Shown here: piece after piece, positions 1-12,122 of the stretch
Layout: the number at the start of each line of letters is the position of its first letter
Numbering within the stretch: the stretch's first letter is position 1
Source of the DNA: Paraspadella gotoi
Taxonomy: Eukaryota > Animalia > Chaetognatha
Length of the DNA: 64,000 nt
Assembly (NCBI GenBank): GCA_051294375.1
Contig: CM119267.1
Span: 9,536,339-9,600,338, forward strand
Direction: 5' to 3'
Position numbers and translations under genes: made by a program
Notes under the pieces: generated by a model
Told to the model about the DNA's origin: nothing
Seen by the model: only the letters and a program-made list of their open reading frames with translations
The model's database searches: none

Positions 1-124
1 AAGTTTGAAATTTTAGAAAGGTAGCATTTCAAAGGAAAGCAATGTTGAGCTGCTACTATTATAGTACTAATATAGTACTAATATATAGTACTAATATATT
101 TGGATAACGTATCCGAACTCCAAG

Positions 125-2105
125 GCGACGGCACCAACGACGGTCCTGCGTTAAAGCGCGCCGACGTGGGATTCGCCATGGGCATCGCTGGCACCGACGT
201 GGCTAAGGAGGCGTCCGACATCATCCTTACAGACGACAACTTCACCTCCATCGTCAAGGCCGTCATGTGGGGACGCAACGTGTACGACAGCGTGTCCAAG
301 TTCCTCGTCTTTCAGCTCACGGTCTGGGATCGAAGATTGAAGAGGGGGATAAAGAAGACTCTGGGAGAAGCGTTCCTTTCTTTTTTGTTTGGTCTTTTAT
401 ACGTCCTCCCTGAGACTCAATACACGTTTTTTTTTTTTCTTCTGCCTAACGTCCCTATTTTGCCCAAACTTACCGCTTCTCAGGTAAACGTGGTCGCCGT
501 GATCTGCGCCGCCCTCTGCGCCATTACCAAAGGCGACTGTCCATTGAAGCCGATTCAAATGCTGTGGGTTAACTTGATCATGGACACGTTGGCCTCGTTG
601 GCGCTCGCGACAGAATCTCCGACAGAGGCGCTGCTGATGCGGAAGCCGTACGGGCGGAACAAGCCTATCATCTCTAAGAACATGATGAAGGTGCGGGTCT
701 TGAGAAGTATTGTTAATTCTTAACTCCAAACATTAACTATTGACGCTATTTAAAGATAGTTATTGAATTTAAAAAAATGTTTGATCTTGCGCTGACTAGA
801 AAACCTAAATTTTTTTCGGGCCAATATTTCGAAGGTTAGCGTAAATAATGTATTGCATCAAAAAAGGGCACGAAGACGGAATAAACGGAATAAAGACGGA
901 ATAAAACTAACTAGATTTCCACGTTTTTCCAAATCTTTCGGCTCGTATTTTTGCGTTGACGGTATTTTCGCTACTTCGCCCCCCCCACAGTCCATCCTCG
1001 GCCACGCCGTCTACCAACTCTTGATCATCTTCCTCATCTTTTACGCCGGCCCCGTGATCTGGAACTTCGAGGCGGGTCATCACAAGCACATCACCACCCA
1101 CTACACCTTCTGCTACAACACCTTCGTCATGATGACCCTCTTCAACGAGATCAACGCGCGGAAGATCCACGGAGAGCGAAACGTCTTCGCCGGCTTCTTC
1201 CGCAATCCTCTCTTCGTCTGCATCTGGCTTTCCACTTTTGGTCTGCAAGTCGTCATCATCGAAGTGCCGAGTGAGTTTTAAATAGGGAGTGGCCCGGGGG
1301 GGGCGGAGTCTAAGCTGATCTTGCTCGTTTAAAGGTAAACCGAAAAAAACTGCATCGATGAAGATGATCTGGCAAAGATTTAATGGGAGTTTGATCGTTT
1401 CGCTAAATGTACATTAAAAGCAATATTGGCAACTGTCGGTAAAACTATCCGCAATACTCCTTTCACTTCGAAAAATATCCGTCACTTACCTCTCGATTGT
1501 CAGGCGTAAACTCGGTTTTCTTGTGCCAACGATTGGACGCGACGTTTTGGTCCTGGAGCCTCGTGTTCGGAGTGGGCGAGCTAGTCTGGCACCACGTGGT
1601 CATCACCATCCCGAATCGGATTATTTGTCAGGCGGACATACATTTGGTAATTAATTTCCCGGTGAAGCTCAATAGAGAGTGAATCGGAATCGAGCGATTG
1701 CTCAACTATCAACTAAATAAAGAGAATAGTGAGTTAGTTAGTTAGTTAGTTACCTACATGAAAAAACATTTCCGTTTTTAACCTAGCTTAACCTGGATAT
1801 TAAGTTAATCGTAGACGATTCAGTGGAAACTAAAAATAGTGGTTAAAATAATGTTTAAAATAATCCAAAAAATTGGCAAAATTGCCGCAACTGAGGACCG
1901 GTCTCACGTCGTTTTTAAAAAGCCTCCTACCACGACGCACATCGAGATGGCCAAGAGCATTCCGAACAGTCAGCCGCCGCCGGAACTCACGGATCCCGTG
2001 GTTATCTGGATCGCGGATTTTAAGGCCAAGAACATTGCCATCGGCGTCGTGGACAAATTCAAGCCATTGGAGGGATTCCGGGTGCGCAACTCTTCATCGG
2101 TTTAA
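125..2105 (+). CDS. ATP2B: Plasma-membrane Ca2+-transporting P2B ATPase (PMCA), 3' part; 5' end lies outside the window
   Basis: Exons 125-321, 484-690, 991-1270, 1504-1646, 1923-2105 join in frame across GT-AG introns; the last junction is the least certain. Motifs: [84 protein letters not shown]. Stop TAA at 2103-2105; AATAAA at 2206-2211. Confidence 0.95.
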
Positions 2106-2881
2106 GGCCCGAAGATTATTAGGCGCTGAGGTCGTCTCTGCAACGAATGACTTCCGCAAACAGAAGAATGAGTTTTATTAGAATTGGTGCGTATTTTGGT
2201 AAAGAAATAAAGTGTTGTTTACGGAATATAATGGTCAGAAAAAAAAATATGTGGTTTTATTTTTATTTAAGTATCAAATTAATAATTTTTTTACAGTTTT
2301 TCGGAAAAAAATTGTAGGCAGATGTCGTTCTGGCTGGCGATGATAAATGATTTAAAAACAAAAGTCCTTTTCAGATGAGACATAAACCAAATACAAATAC
2401 CATTCAACATAAATTATTAGATTTTTTACCCTCCAAAATCCAATCTTTTGCCGTCATAGACTAGAGGGACGTCACGGAATAGTTTTCGCTTAATATTTGG
2501 GGAGAAGGAATGAAACTTGGGAGCAACAAAAATCTGTTTGGAGCTAGAAACATTTTTTTTTAATATCTTCATAGTCCCAATGAGTTTGTGGGTTTGAAAG
2601 ACATGGAATTATGAATCGAATGCCATCTTTTTCGAATAAAATTTTCTCATTCGTGCCAAGGAAATACAGGGATTCGATTCTATCCAACCTATGGGTTTTA
2701 CATGAAGCTTTTCAGTTATCCCACTCCTTTTCAGCGATTTTCATTTCCGGCCAAATTGTTTCGTCCGGGAATGATCGACGATTTTTTTTGTTATCTTCCC
2801 CGCATCCGCCTGCGACGCCGACGATCCGATGCGCCGCCGCCACCGCATCTGATGCCACAACCGCCGCTGCCCCCGGTGGCA

Positions 2882-3654
2882 TCACGCGATGATAAGCCTT
2901 CTTTCGCGCCGGGATTCGTCTTCCGGATCGACCGGCGCCACGAATCGACTGTCTTCTCGTCGTTCGCTACTAGGAACTTTGGTCTCGTGGGTCTTCCCGG
3001 CCATTTGACCACCGAGGCTTTGGCCCATAGGGATTTCTTGGCCTTTATTTTTCCGGTTGGAAGGTTTAAGGGACCAGACATCAGGAGGAATATTTTGGAA
3101 TATCGCCCGGGGAGCGAAAAAAGGGAGTCGCGGCTTCCCTCCGTCTAGATTCGACTCTTGGGGAAATTATATGACATAGGGTACAACCAATATATCATTT
3201 TTATATTATATATTTTTTATACATGTAGTTTTTCAGAGATTTCAAATGAAAAAACAATTCATATTGTGACTTGAAAAATAAACTCATTAAAAACATTTTT
3301 CTTAATTTTCCTTTTGGCAAGGAAAGACGAAAAACTATTTAATTTGAAATTTTAAAACATTTTGCTTTTCGAAATTCACGTAATTAAAATTATAAGTAAC
3401 TTACTTAGTAAGGAATGATTTTTATAAACCTTAAAAACTGTATATATTGTATTAAAAATGAGCTCTTATTACTATTTATTAGATACAGTATTTATGAACT
3501 ATATAATTCTCCGCACAATAGCGAGCCGCTACCGAAATCAGTCCCTTCGGTCTGGTCCCTTCGGCACTGAGCCGATTGCGTGCTCTCGCCGATGATGATG
3601 ATGACGATGATGAAGAAGAGGGAGATGAGACGGAGGATCTTTCGACGGGCTTCG
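2882..3654 (-). CDS. Possible two 3' exons of a small secreted or membrane protein; start codon not found
   Basis: GC-rich blocks 3654-3533 and 3144-2882 join in frame via AG / GTAGCG / TCTAG sites. They give RKILRLISLFFIIVIIIIGESTQSAQC...DGGKPRLPFFAPRAIFQNIPPDVW...EDESRRERRLIIA*. The donor is weak, the hydrophobic run could be a (ATC)n microsatellite, and no homology was recognised. Confidence 0.25.
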
Positions 3655-4289
3655 CTGTAACCGCAGCAGCCTCAATCCTCATGGATGTTGAGGTATTTTC
3701 CGCGGGAGAGAAGGGGAAAGTAGGAAGAAGGAAGAACGACAGAGGGAGAGAGGGAGAGAGCGAGAGAGAGTAGAAGATGGGGAGAGAGTAAATGGGAACT
3801 TAAAAATATATTGATCAAAGTTTTTTTGGAAAAACAAAAGGAGACAGGGATATAAAGTAATATTGAAAATCTGGATTTATTTTGTAAGTTTTAACGGAGG
3901 AAAAAGATCAGATACGGATACTTAATTCTCAGAAAATCAAAGAAATAATGTTTAATGAAATGATTGGTACGGAAAACCAGAGCGAACGCAGTCGGAAGGA
4001 AGTTAGATAGAAAAATAAGAATAGAGCTTCGCTTGTGATTTCGACTTACGCTTTCCCGGGCAACGAAATCTCAGATCTTCAATGATTAGGAGGGGGGGGA
4101 GGAAAGTAGAGATCCGTTGCCCGATCTTCGATCCCGCCTCGCGTTTGAGGTGTGTCTCTCTCTTTATCTCTCTCTTTATCTTTATCATCATCTCTTCGCT
4201 TCTCTATTTTAGGTCCGTGGGTCGGGACATCTGCTCGAATGCTTTTCTTTTAATCTGTATGTCCAACTGTTTGTTTTATATTTCATATT

Positions 4290-4950
4290 TTATTTCTTTC
4301 TTTCTTTTTTAATTTTTTTCTTTCTTTCTTTCATTCATTCATTCTTTCATTCATTCATTATTTCTTTCTTTCTATTTTTCTTTCTTTCTTTCTTTCTTTT
4401 TTTATTTTTTTTCTTTCATTCATTCATTCATTCATTCATTCATTCATTCATTCATTAATTCATTCTTCATTCTAGGTCTTTCATTCTTTCATTATTATTT
4501 CTTTTCCTTTGTCATTATTTTTTCATTTTTCTTTCTTCTTTTTTTCTTTTTTCTTTCTATTATTCTTTCGTTTTTTCTTTTTTCTATTTTTTTCTTTCTT
4601 CCCTTTCATCATTTTTTTATTATTTTTTTCTTTTTTCTATTTTTTTTTTTTCTTTTTTTTTATTTTCTTTTTCATTATTTTTTTTCTTCTTTCTTTTTTT
4701 TTTTTTTTTTTTTCTTTTTTTTTTTTCATATTCTTTATTTCTTTCTTTTTTTCTTTCTTCTTTTCTTTTTTTCTTTTTCTTCATTCATTTCTTTTTTCTC
4801 TTCTTTTTTTTTCTTTTCTTTCTTTCTTTTTTTCTTTTCTTTCTTCTTTTCTTTTCTTTCTTTTCTTTCTTCTCTTTCTTTCTTCTTTCTTTCTTTCTTT
4901 CTTTTTTTCTTTTTTCTTTCTTTCTTCTTTCTTTCTTCTTTCTTTCTTGG
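4290..4950. repeat. T/C-rich low-complexity tract including (TTCA)n and (TTTC)n
   Basis: Directly visible; the poly-Phe/Ser ORFs in the track are by-products of it. Confidence 0.9.
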
Positions 4951-5039
4951 TTTTGCCCGGGCCTCTCTGCTCAGGGGTTTGTTCTAGAGATAATTCTGCA
5001 AGATTCAAAGATGAGCTTGAAAGATCCTCGAAAGGCGTT

Positions 5040-5064
5040 NNNNNNNNNNNNNNNNNNNNNNNNN
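5040..5064. other. Assembly gap (25 N)
   Basis: Run of 25 n. Confidence 0.99.
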
Positions 5065-5189
5065 GCTCTATGCTCTCCGTCGTCTCTATCTCTCCTCTTC
5101 TCTTCTCTCTCTCTCTCTCTCCTCTCTCTCCTCTCTCTCTCTCTCTCTTCTCTCTCTAGCTTCGCAGTACGTAGGCTTCCCTTCATGCG

Positions 5190-8100
5190 AGCACTTTCAA
5201 ACGACCTCCTTTCTCGAGGAGTGGCTTTCAGAGTAACATCTTATGGGTGAAATTAGATCCATATTAAAGGCTACGATGGAAATTAATTCCATCGGGAAAT
5301 GACTGATGTTTAAAACTAACTAAAAAAAAACAATCTATTTCAACTGAGTTTTATCAGAATCTTGATAATTAAATAAATATTATTAAAATGTGATCGAAGA
5401 ATGGTCGGGGAGGCTAGAGAAAAGAAAGATCAGACAAAAAAACATTTGACAGGACTTACTACCGCAAAACGAGACAGACGCTGGCCAACCAAAGGAAAAC
5501 AAAAAATGAAGCACAACGAAATAATAGGAGTAAAAAACACAGAGACGAAATAAAACTGAGCACCGAAAAGATAAGAAAAGAACAAAAAAAAAAGACAAGA
5601 AGAAAGAGAAAACAGCACAACCACGAACCAACACGAAAAAAACAATGAAGATAAGATAAGATGGTAGCAGTACGAAAGAAAGGAAAAAGGATCCAATGAA
5701 TACAGAGCACAAAGAAGAAAGAAAAAAAAAGAAAGAGAAGAGACAAAAGATAATAAAAAATATGCAAGTAAAAAGAAAAAGAAGAAAAAGATAAAAAAAA
5801 GAAAGAAAAGAAAAAAGAAAGGAAGTGAGGAGAAAGCGCATAGGAAAAAAGCACTGCGAGTGAAAATAAAAGAAAAAAATCGAAAAAAGACAAACAGTGG
5901 ACTGAAGGATTACCGAATGACGCCTGAAAAAAAAATGCATGACCAAAAGGAACAGATATGAAGTGCCGCACGAAAAACAAGGCACCAACGCGACGACCAC
6001 GGGAAACCGAAAGTGTCGCCCCATCGAAGCCAGAGGAGTGACAGCGACTGAACGCGGGAAGCCGGCATGATATTGATCCCATAGACAAGAATGAACTGAA
6101 ATGAAATGATAAATTGAATAAAACAAAACCAAAAGCAAAGACAAGAAAAACGATAATAAGCTATATAAAGTCCCAAATTAGTAGCCAAGAAGAGACACAA
6201 AAAAAATAAATGAGAAAGCTGAAATGAAGAGAAAGGATGAAAACAGGCGAACGAAATGAAATGCGAAAGAAAGAAAGAAAGAAAGAAAAAAAATTAAAAG
6301 AAAGAAAGAAATAAAATATGAAATACTAAAACAAACAGTTGACATACAGATTAAAAGAATAAAGCATTCGAGCAGATGTCACCGAACCCACGGACCTAAA
6401 ATAAGAGAAGCGAGAGTGATGATGATAAACTAAGCGAGAGGATAAGAGAGAGGACACACCTCACAACGCGCAAGGCGAGAGTCTAAAGAATCGGCAAACG
6501 GATCTCGTACATTTCAATCCATCCCTCTAATATTGGAAGACATGAGATTCTCGTGCCCGGGTACAGCGTAAGTCGAAATCACAAGAGCAGAGCTCTATTA
6601 TCGTATTTTTGGACTATCGTAGACTTCCTTCCGACGTGGTTCGCTGCTGGTTTCACGGTACACAATGCAAGTTTCATTAAGACATTATTTCTTTGATTTT
6701 CGAGATATGTAAGATATCCGATATCTGATCTTTTTCTACCTCTAAAACTGTACAAAATAAATCCAGATTTCAAATTACTTTAATATACCCTGTCTCCTAT
6801 TTGTTTTTTCCAAAAAACCACTTTGATCAATATTATTTTTAAGTTTCCCATTCTCTCTCCACTTCTCTCCCGTTGCCACAGATCTCATACTAACTCCCCT
6901 CTCTTAAACGCTCTCATCAGCATCTCTTCACCCAGCTGTCCCCGTTTATTCTTCACTGTCTTCCTACTAATGTACCCCTAATCTCTTAAACCGAACACCT
7001 ATCGGGAACTAACCTCAACGATTCCACTGCGGAAAATTAAGATGGCTCGTGCGGCACACAGCGGGAAGCCCCACCGTCGAAAAGAATCTCACGATCTCAT
7101 CTCCCTCTTCTTAACCCGATCATCGTCGATCATCATCATCGGCGAGAGCAACGCGAAAATATACGGGCTCCTGCCGACCGAGCTAGTGACCGGAGAGGAC
7201 CGGACTGGAGTCGGTATCGTAGCGGAGCACCTCGCTAGTTGCGGAGAGGATGGTACTATCAGTCTCAGTACCAATACGTGGTATATCAATAAATATGTAG
7301 ATAAGAAGCGTCGAATTCTTTCACTACTAAACTCTAACAGGTATTTGAAGCTTCAATAGAACATCGCCTACTAAAGTAAGTATACACTTATACCATTTTA
7401 TTACGTGACATGTTCGAACAAGCAACAAGTGATTTAATAATTTCACAAAATTTCTATACTTAGTTTATCGATCTTTCCTTGCCAAGGGAAAATAAAGAAA
7501 ATGTCTCTTGTAATGACTTCTCACAAGTGCCAATGAATGGAAATAAGATTTATTTCTCAATCCGTGAGAATATCTAATGTCTCGAAAAAACGATACATGT
7601 ATAGAAAAGTATATACTCATAAAAAATGAGTAAATACTCGTAGGTTGTACACCCATGTCATATAAATTCCCAACCGACCCGTCGAGATCGAGACGGAGGA
7701 GAATACAGCCGCGACTCGCCGGTTTTTTCTGATTCAAGGTGCGATACTCCAAGAATCTTCCTTCCTAAGGAATGTACTAGGTCCCTATATAAGCCTCTCA
7801 AACCGGAAAAATAAAAAAGGCCAAAGATATTCCCTATAGGGGGCCAAAGTCTTCGTCGGCCTCCAAACTGGAAACGGAGAAGAGACCCAACAAGGACCAA
7901 AAAGTTAGACCACACTTACGTGCGCAACGACAGAAGAAGACAGTCCAGAATTCGTTGGATACCGGTCGAAAATCCCGGCAAGGACGTGAAACCCATAACG
8001 GCTAGCCAGAAAGTAGGCGTAATACATTCCGCGCTTGAATTGGCCACCGGGCGGCAGCGGGCGGTTGTAGGCACCTCCACGCACCCCGGCGAGGGGCTTG

Positions 8101-10200
8101 CAACAGGGCTCGGCGGCCAGCCGCGCATCGGACTCCGCTAGGCCCGTCGCAGCGGACCACAATGCGGTGGAAAGGATAACACAAAAGAAACTCGCTGCGA
8201 CCATTCCCGGACGTAAAAACAACTTTGGCCGGATAATGAGAAAATCGCTGAAAGGAAGTGGCCCTAACTGGATACAAAGCTTCATGCTCACAAACCCATT
8301 AGGTCTGGTGACGAGAGATCGCAATCCCATCGTTACATTCCTGCCCTGGCCCCCGGGGTAGCCTCGATGCAACTCTTTGAAATCCGAAAAGATAGATCGG
8401 CATGTCAGAGCGATATCGTGTAATCTCCATGTCTGGCCCACCCAACAAGCTCTAAACAATCCATTGCGGACCAAATGCAAACAGCTAACTAAAAAAACTA
8501 AAATCGTCTAGACTGCCAGGTAACAGAGTTGTTTGTGTGTCTCCCCGACCTACCAAGTTTACAATTCCGTCTCCGCGAGGATAAAATGTAAGCGAAAGAC
8601 TATTCCGTTGAGAGCGTCCGCTTAGTCTGATGACGGGCAAAAGCAAATGAGTTGTCGTTGTATTGTTGCCTGATGCTAAGCCGTCACAAAACCAATCCTC
8701 CGCCAATATATTGTCTGTTGAATAAGGTATATGTACTCCTTCGTGTTGTATGTCTTTCAATCCTTTGCAATCAATTACTTTTGTTTTTAACAAGTCAAGT
8801 TTATTCATCGCCAGCCAGAAACACATATGGCCTACGAATTTTTGTCTCTACGCTAAACACCCTGGTAATAAAAATATCTCATATTTAATTTGCATACCTT
8901 AAATAACAAAGTAAAAGGCCACTCACTCTCTGTATTTTCGGGGCATGACCGAATACTCGATTTCCGCCGCTGAAAAACCAGACAGCACCGTGATCTCTCA
9001 TCTCTCGAAGGCCAACGGGTATTACGCAACACTGCCTTAACGCAAGACACACAATATCTCCTTCAATAAGAACTCATTTACTTTCGTGTGTCGGATCAGA
9101 GTTCATATCTCGGATACTGCAGAGACGACCACCAGCGAACCTAAAATATAATCTTCGGGCTCTATAAACCGATGAAGAGATGTCGCACCCGGAAATCCTC
9201 CCCAATGGTCTGAATTTGTCCACGACGCCGATGGCAATGTTACTATCTTGCCCTTTATCAGCCCAAAATCGCATACCAGGAATTATACCACCAAAACCCC
9301 CAAAAAATTGAGAAGGATAAATGGATCAAAGATGCGAAATTATGGGTAAAATCGTTCGTATTCAACCCGTTTCACACATGTTCATCGCTTGTGTCACTTG
9401 TTTCCGCGCTAGAAGAAAACTCTGTTACCTGGCTCTTCCGAATGTCGTTCCCTGTTCTCGGGTCCTGTGATCGGCTTCGTGGAGGTTTTCTATTAAACAG
9501 ACTATAACCGGATCTCTCAGTTAGTATGTTCGAACATCTTCGAATTTTTATTTTTTAAACATAATTTTAAATACGGCTCAAGAACTCAAATAAAGAAAAT
9601 CCTTTCATCCATTAGACTAATGGGCGAACATAATCGGCTCCGCTTTTCGGTAATCAACGACTATCAGAATTCCGAGTTGCAACTAAATCCAAACTAGTCT
9701 TCTGTCGTGAAAGGAAAACGTCAAAAATAAAACAATCCAATAAAATTTACTGCAAAAGAGTTTGACATAAAAGCGAAGGAATGACATAAATAAAAGTGTA
9801 ACATTTTAAAATTATTCAAATACAACGAATACACAACCTTGTTCAGGAATTTTAATATTCCTAATTAGTTTCACTACTCATTTGCATTCAAGTCACATTT
9901 TTAAAAAACGGTTCTAAATTAAATTATAGAAGTAATATTTGCAATTTTTTTGGATTTATTTAATTTTATTATAAACATATTTTGGTCCTAACTCATGCTA
10001 TTTTTTAAGGTATTCCTATTCTGATCGTCTACGAAATTTAATCGCTAACTATCAATGAGAATCTTAAAGACTAGGAGATATGGAATATTATTTTCAACGG
10101 AAAATAGTCTCCTCTCAATGTAAACTACAAAATAGGGTAACAATCGAGAGAGAAGGAGCCAATCGCCCAATAGTTGAGCGAGAGGTTATCATTCTCCATT
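5190..10200 (-). repeat. Error-rich inverted copy of ~1700-5039, with an interleaved inverted copy of ~15140-15780 at ~9300-9930; probable chimeric-read or gap-fill artefact
   Basis: 6290-6380 is the reverse complement of 4225-4320. ORF 9074-9274(-) [10 protein letters not shown] mirrors the last PMCA exon. 9730-9915 is the reverse complement of 15150-15345. Dense 1-3 nt indels throughout; begins beside the 25-N gap. Confidence 0.88.
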
Positions 10201-10619
10201 TTCGCTCTAGTTTTAATCTTTGCAGCTGTCGCCATCATAGTTGTTATTAAAATCATAGCCATTTACCATAGAAATTAAGATTAATATTTGTATTGAGATA
10301 AAATTATCTCACGTATGGTATATATCATATTAGTTCTTACTTTGCCAGGTAGTATAAAAATGTAGAAAATTATATGTATTATTTAATAAAATTATTTGTA
10401 TTATTTAAAACATTTCAGTTTGGGTAGCGTACTTTTATAACAATCTCGAATCTGTTTCGCTGTCTTTCCCTTTCCCGCCTCCCCACCCTCCCCCACCCCC
10501 TCCTCTCCCTGGTTACGAATCCCAAAATAACTCCTGGTCTTTCGATCCATAGAACAGTTTCGAGCTCGAAAAATCTCGGGGCCAGCGCTCCGAAACGCCG
10601 AGCGACCCAGGCGCACCAT

Positions 10620-10990
10620 GCAGCCCGGTTAGAACGAAGGCCCTCTTCCTCTCCCTCCGCGGCTTCTCCTCCCCTCCCGCCATCTTCGTCCTCATCCTCT
10701 TCCTCCTCTCCCCTCCTCCTCCTCCTTTTTCCCCCGGCGGGCGGCGATCCTGCCTCATGAACCAGAGTCTTATTATTTTCTTTTTTTTCATTCTTCTCTT
10801 CTCGCCACCGTTTCGAGGGGGCGTCCAGTTTTTTTTTTTTATGGCCGAGACTACCGACGACTCGGACTTCCGGCGCCACAGCTTTCGCGTGACGACATAA
10901 ATTTGACGCCGTTCAGAATCGTCGTCGTTTTTGTCGTCGTCCCCCCCCCGGCTCCTCGTTGCCAGGACGACCGAAGCTGGAAAACCGCAG
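10620..10990 (+). promoter_or_regulatory. GC/CpG-rich putative promoter and 5' UTR of the zinc-finger gene
   Basis: CpG-dense island just upstream of ATG 11096, with an ETS-type ACTTCCGG at 10866-10873 and a nearby GTGACG half-site. Confidence 0.4.
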
Positions 10991-11095
10991 TCCTTTCTTC
11001 TGGTCAACTTTTAGCGAAGAAAAATTAAAGATTGGGAAAAATTCTAAGAAAATTAAAATTGTCGGAACTTTTGAGAGATTTTTTTTTGTTTCGCC

Positions 11096-12033
11096 ATGTC
11101 GACCGGAAGTCCGCGATCCGACGCGGGGTCACGATCGCCCTCGACGCCTCATGTCGTCGCGTCTAACGAGAGCGCCGGTCGACCCGGCGCGACGTCGACT
11201 GCCGCCCAAAGCGCCGGGTCAAATGCCGCCATTCTTTATCATCCCGGAGTAGCCCCGCCGCTCGCTTTCGGCGCTGTTCACAATGGCGTCCAGAACGGAA
11301 GTCACGACGCGGAACACTCTCCTCCCAGAGTTTATTACCGGAGCTTTCGAGATCAAGGTTAATTCTATTCGAGTTTTTAAGTTTTAAAACGTGTTGAATA
11401 CGAATCACGATATTGAGAATCATTGGCCTTAACTTACAGGGAGTCAAATGTCGGAACTCGATCTTCCCATCCTGGACTTTCACGATTTCTTGCTGCAAGC
11501 TTCGCCTCTGCTTCCCTACGGCTGGAGCATTAGCCCAATAGAGGACTCCTGTTCGAAAGGCCTTTGTCTCACTCATACCGTCGTCGACGCCGTCAGCCTC
11601 GACTCGATCTGGGACAAGATCGTCGTCATTTTGCCAATCAGGTTCGTTGAAGGCCGTTTGGGTGAGGGGGGGAACTGCGAACTCTTTCCGTCACTGACAA
11701 CGTGAACAAAAGCAAAATCTATAACCAATGACGACATCATCAAATGAATTTTATCATTTCTACTTAATTGGCACACTGCGATCGCTTACAGACACATTTA
11801 TCGCGACCGCGGTCGCTGCGAGGAGCTGGAGTGTCACGTGCTGGTCAAACGAAGGTCGCCTTCGCTGTTGGATGACGATCCTAGTCTCAACCCTCGATAC
11901 GTCAAGTGGGAAAACTGCGTCAAATCCTTTCGAAATGTGGCCGAGTTTGTCCTCATGCTGCGGGAAGGAGGCAAGATGCTCGACGATGAACTGGACCGTA
12001 AGTTTCGATATTGATATGTGTGAGAAGAGAGAG

Positions 12034-12122
<89 letters not shown>

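Noticed and set aside
3100-3130. LPFFAPRA resembling a PRXamide neuropeptide
   Set aside because: There is no Gly plus basic amidation/cleavage site after the motif.
4509-6200. Long Phe/Ser/Leu-rich ORFs resembling membrane proteins
   Set aside because: They are translations of T/C low-complexity DNA and its noisy reverse complement.
9074-9274. Second PMCA-like ORF or pseudogene on the minus strand
   Set aside because: It is part of the error-rich inverted copy of 1990-2200.
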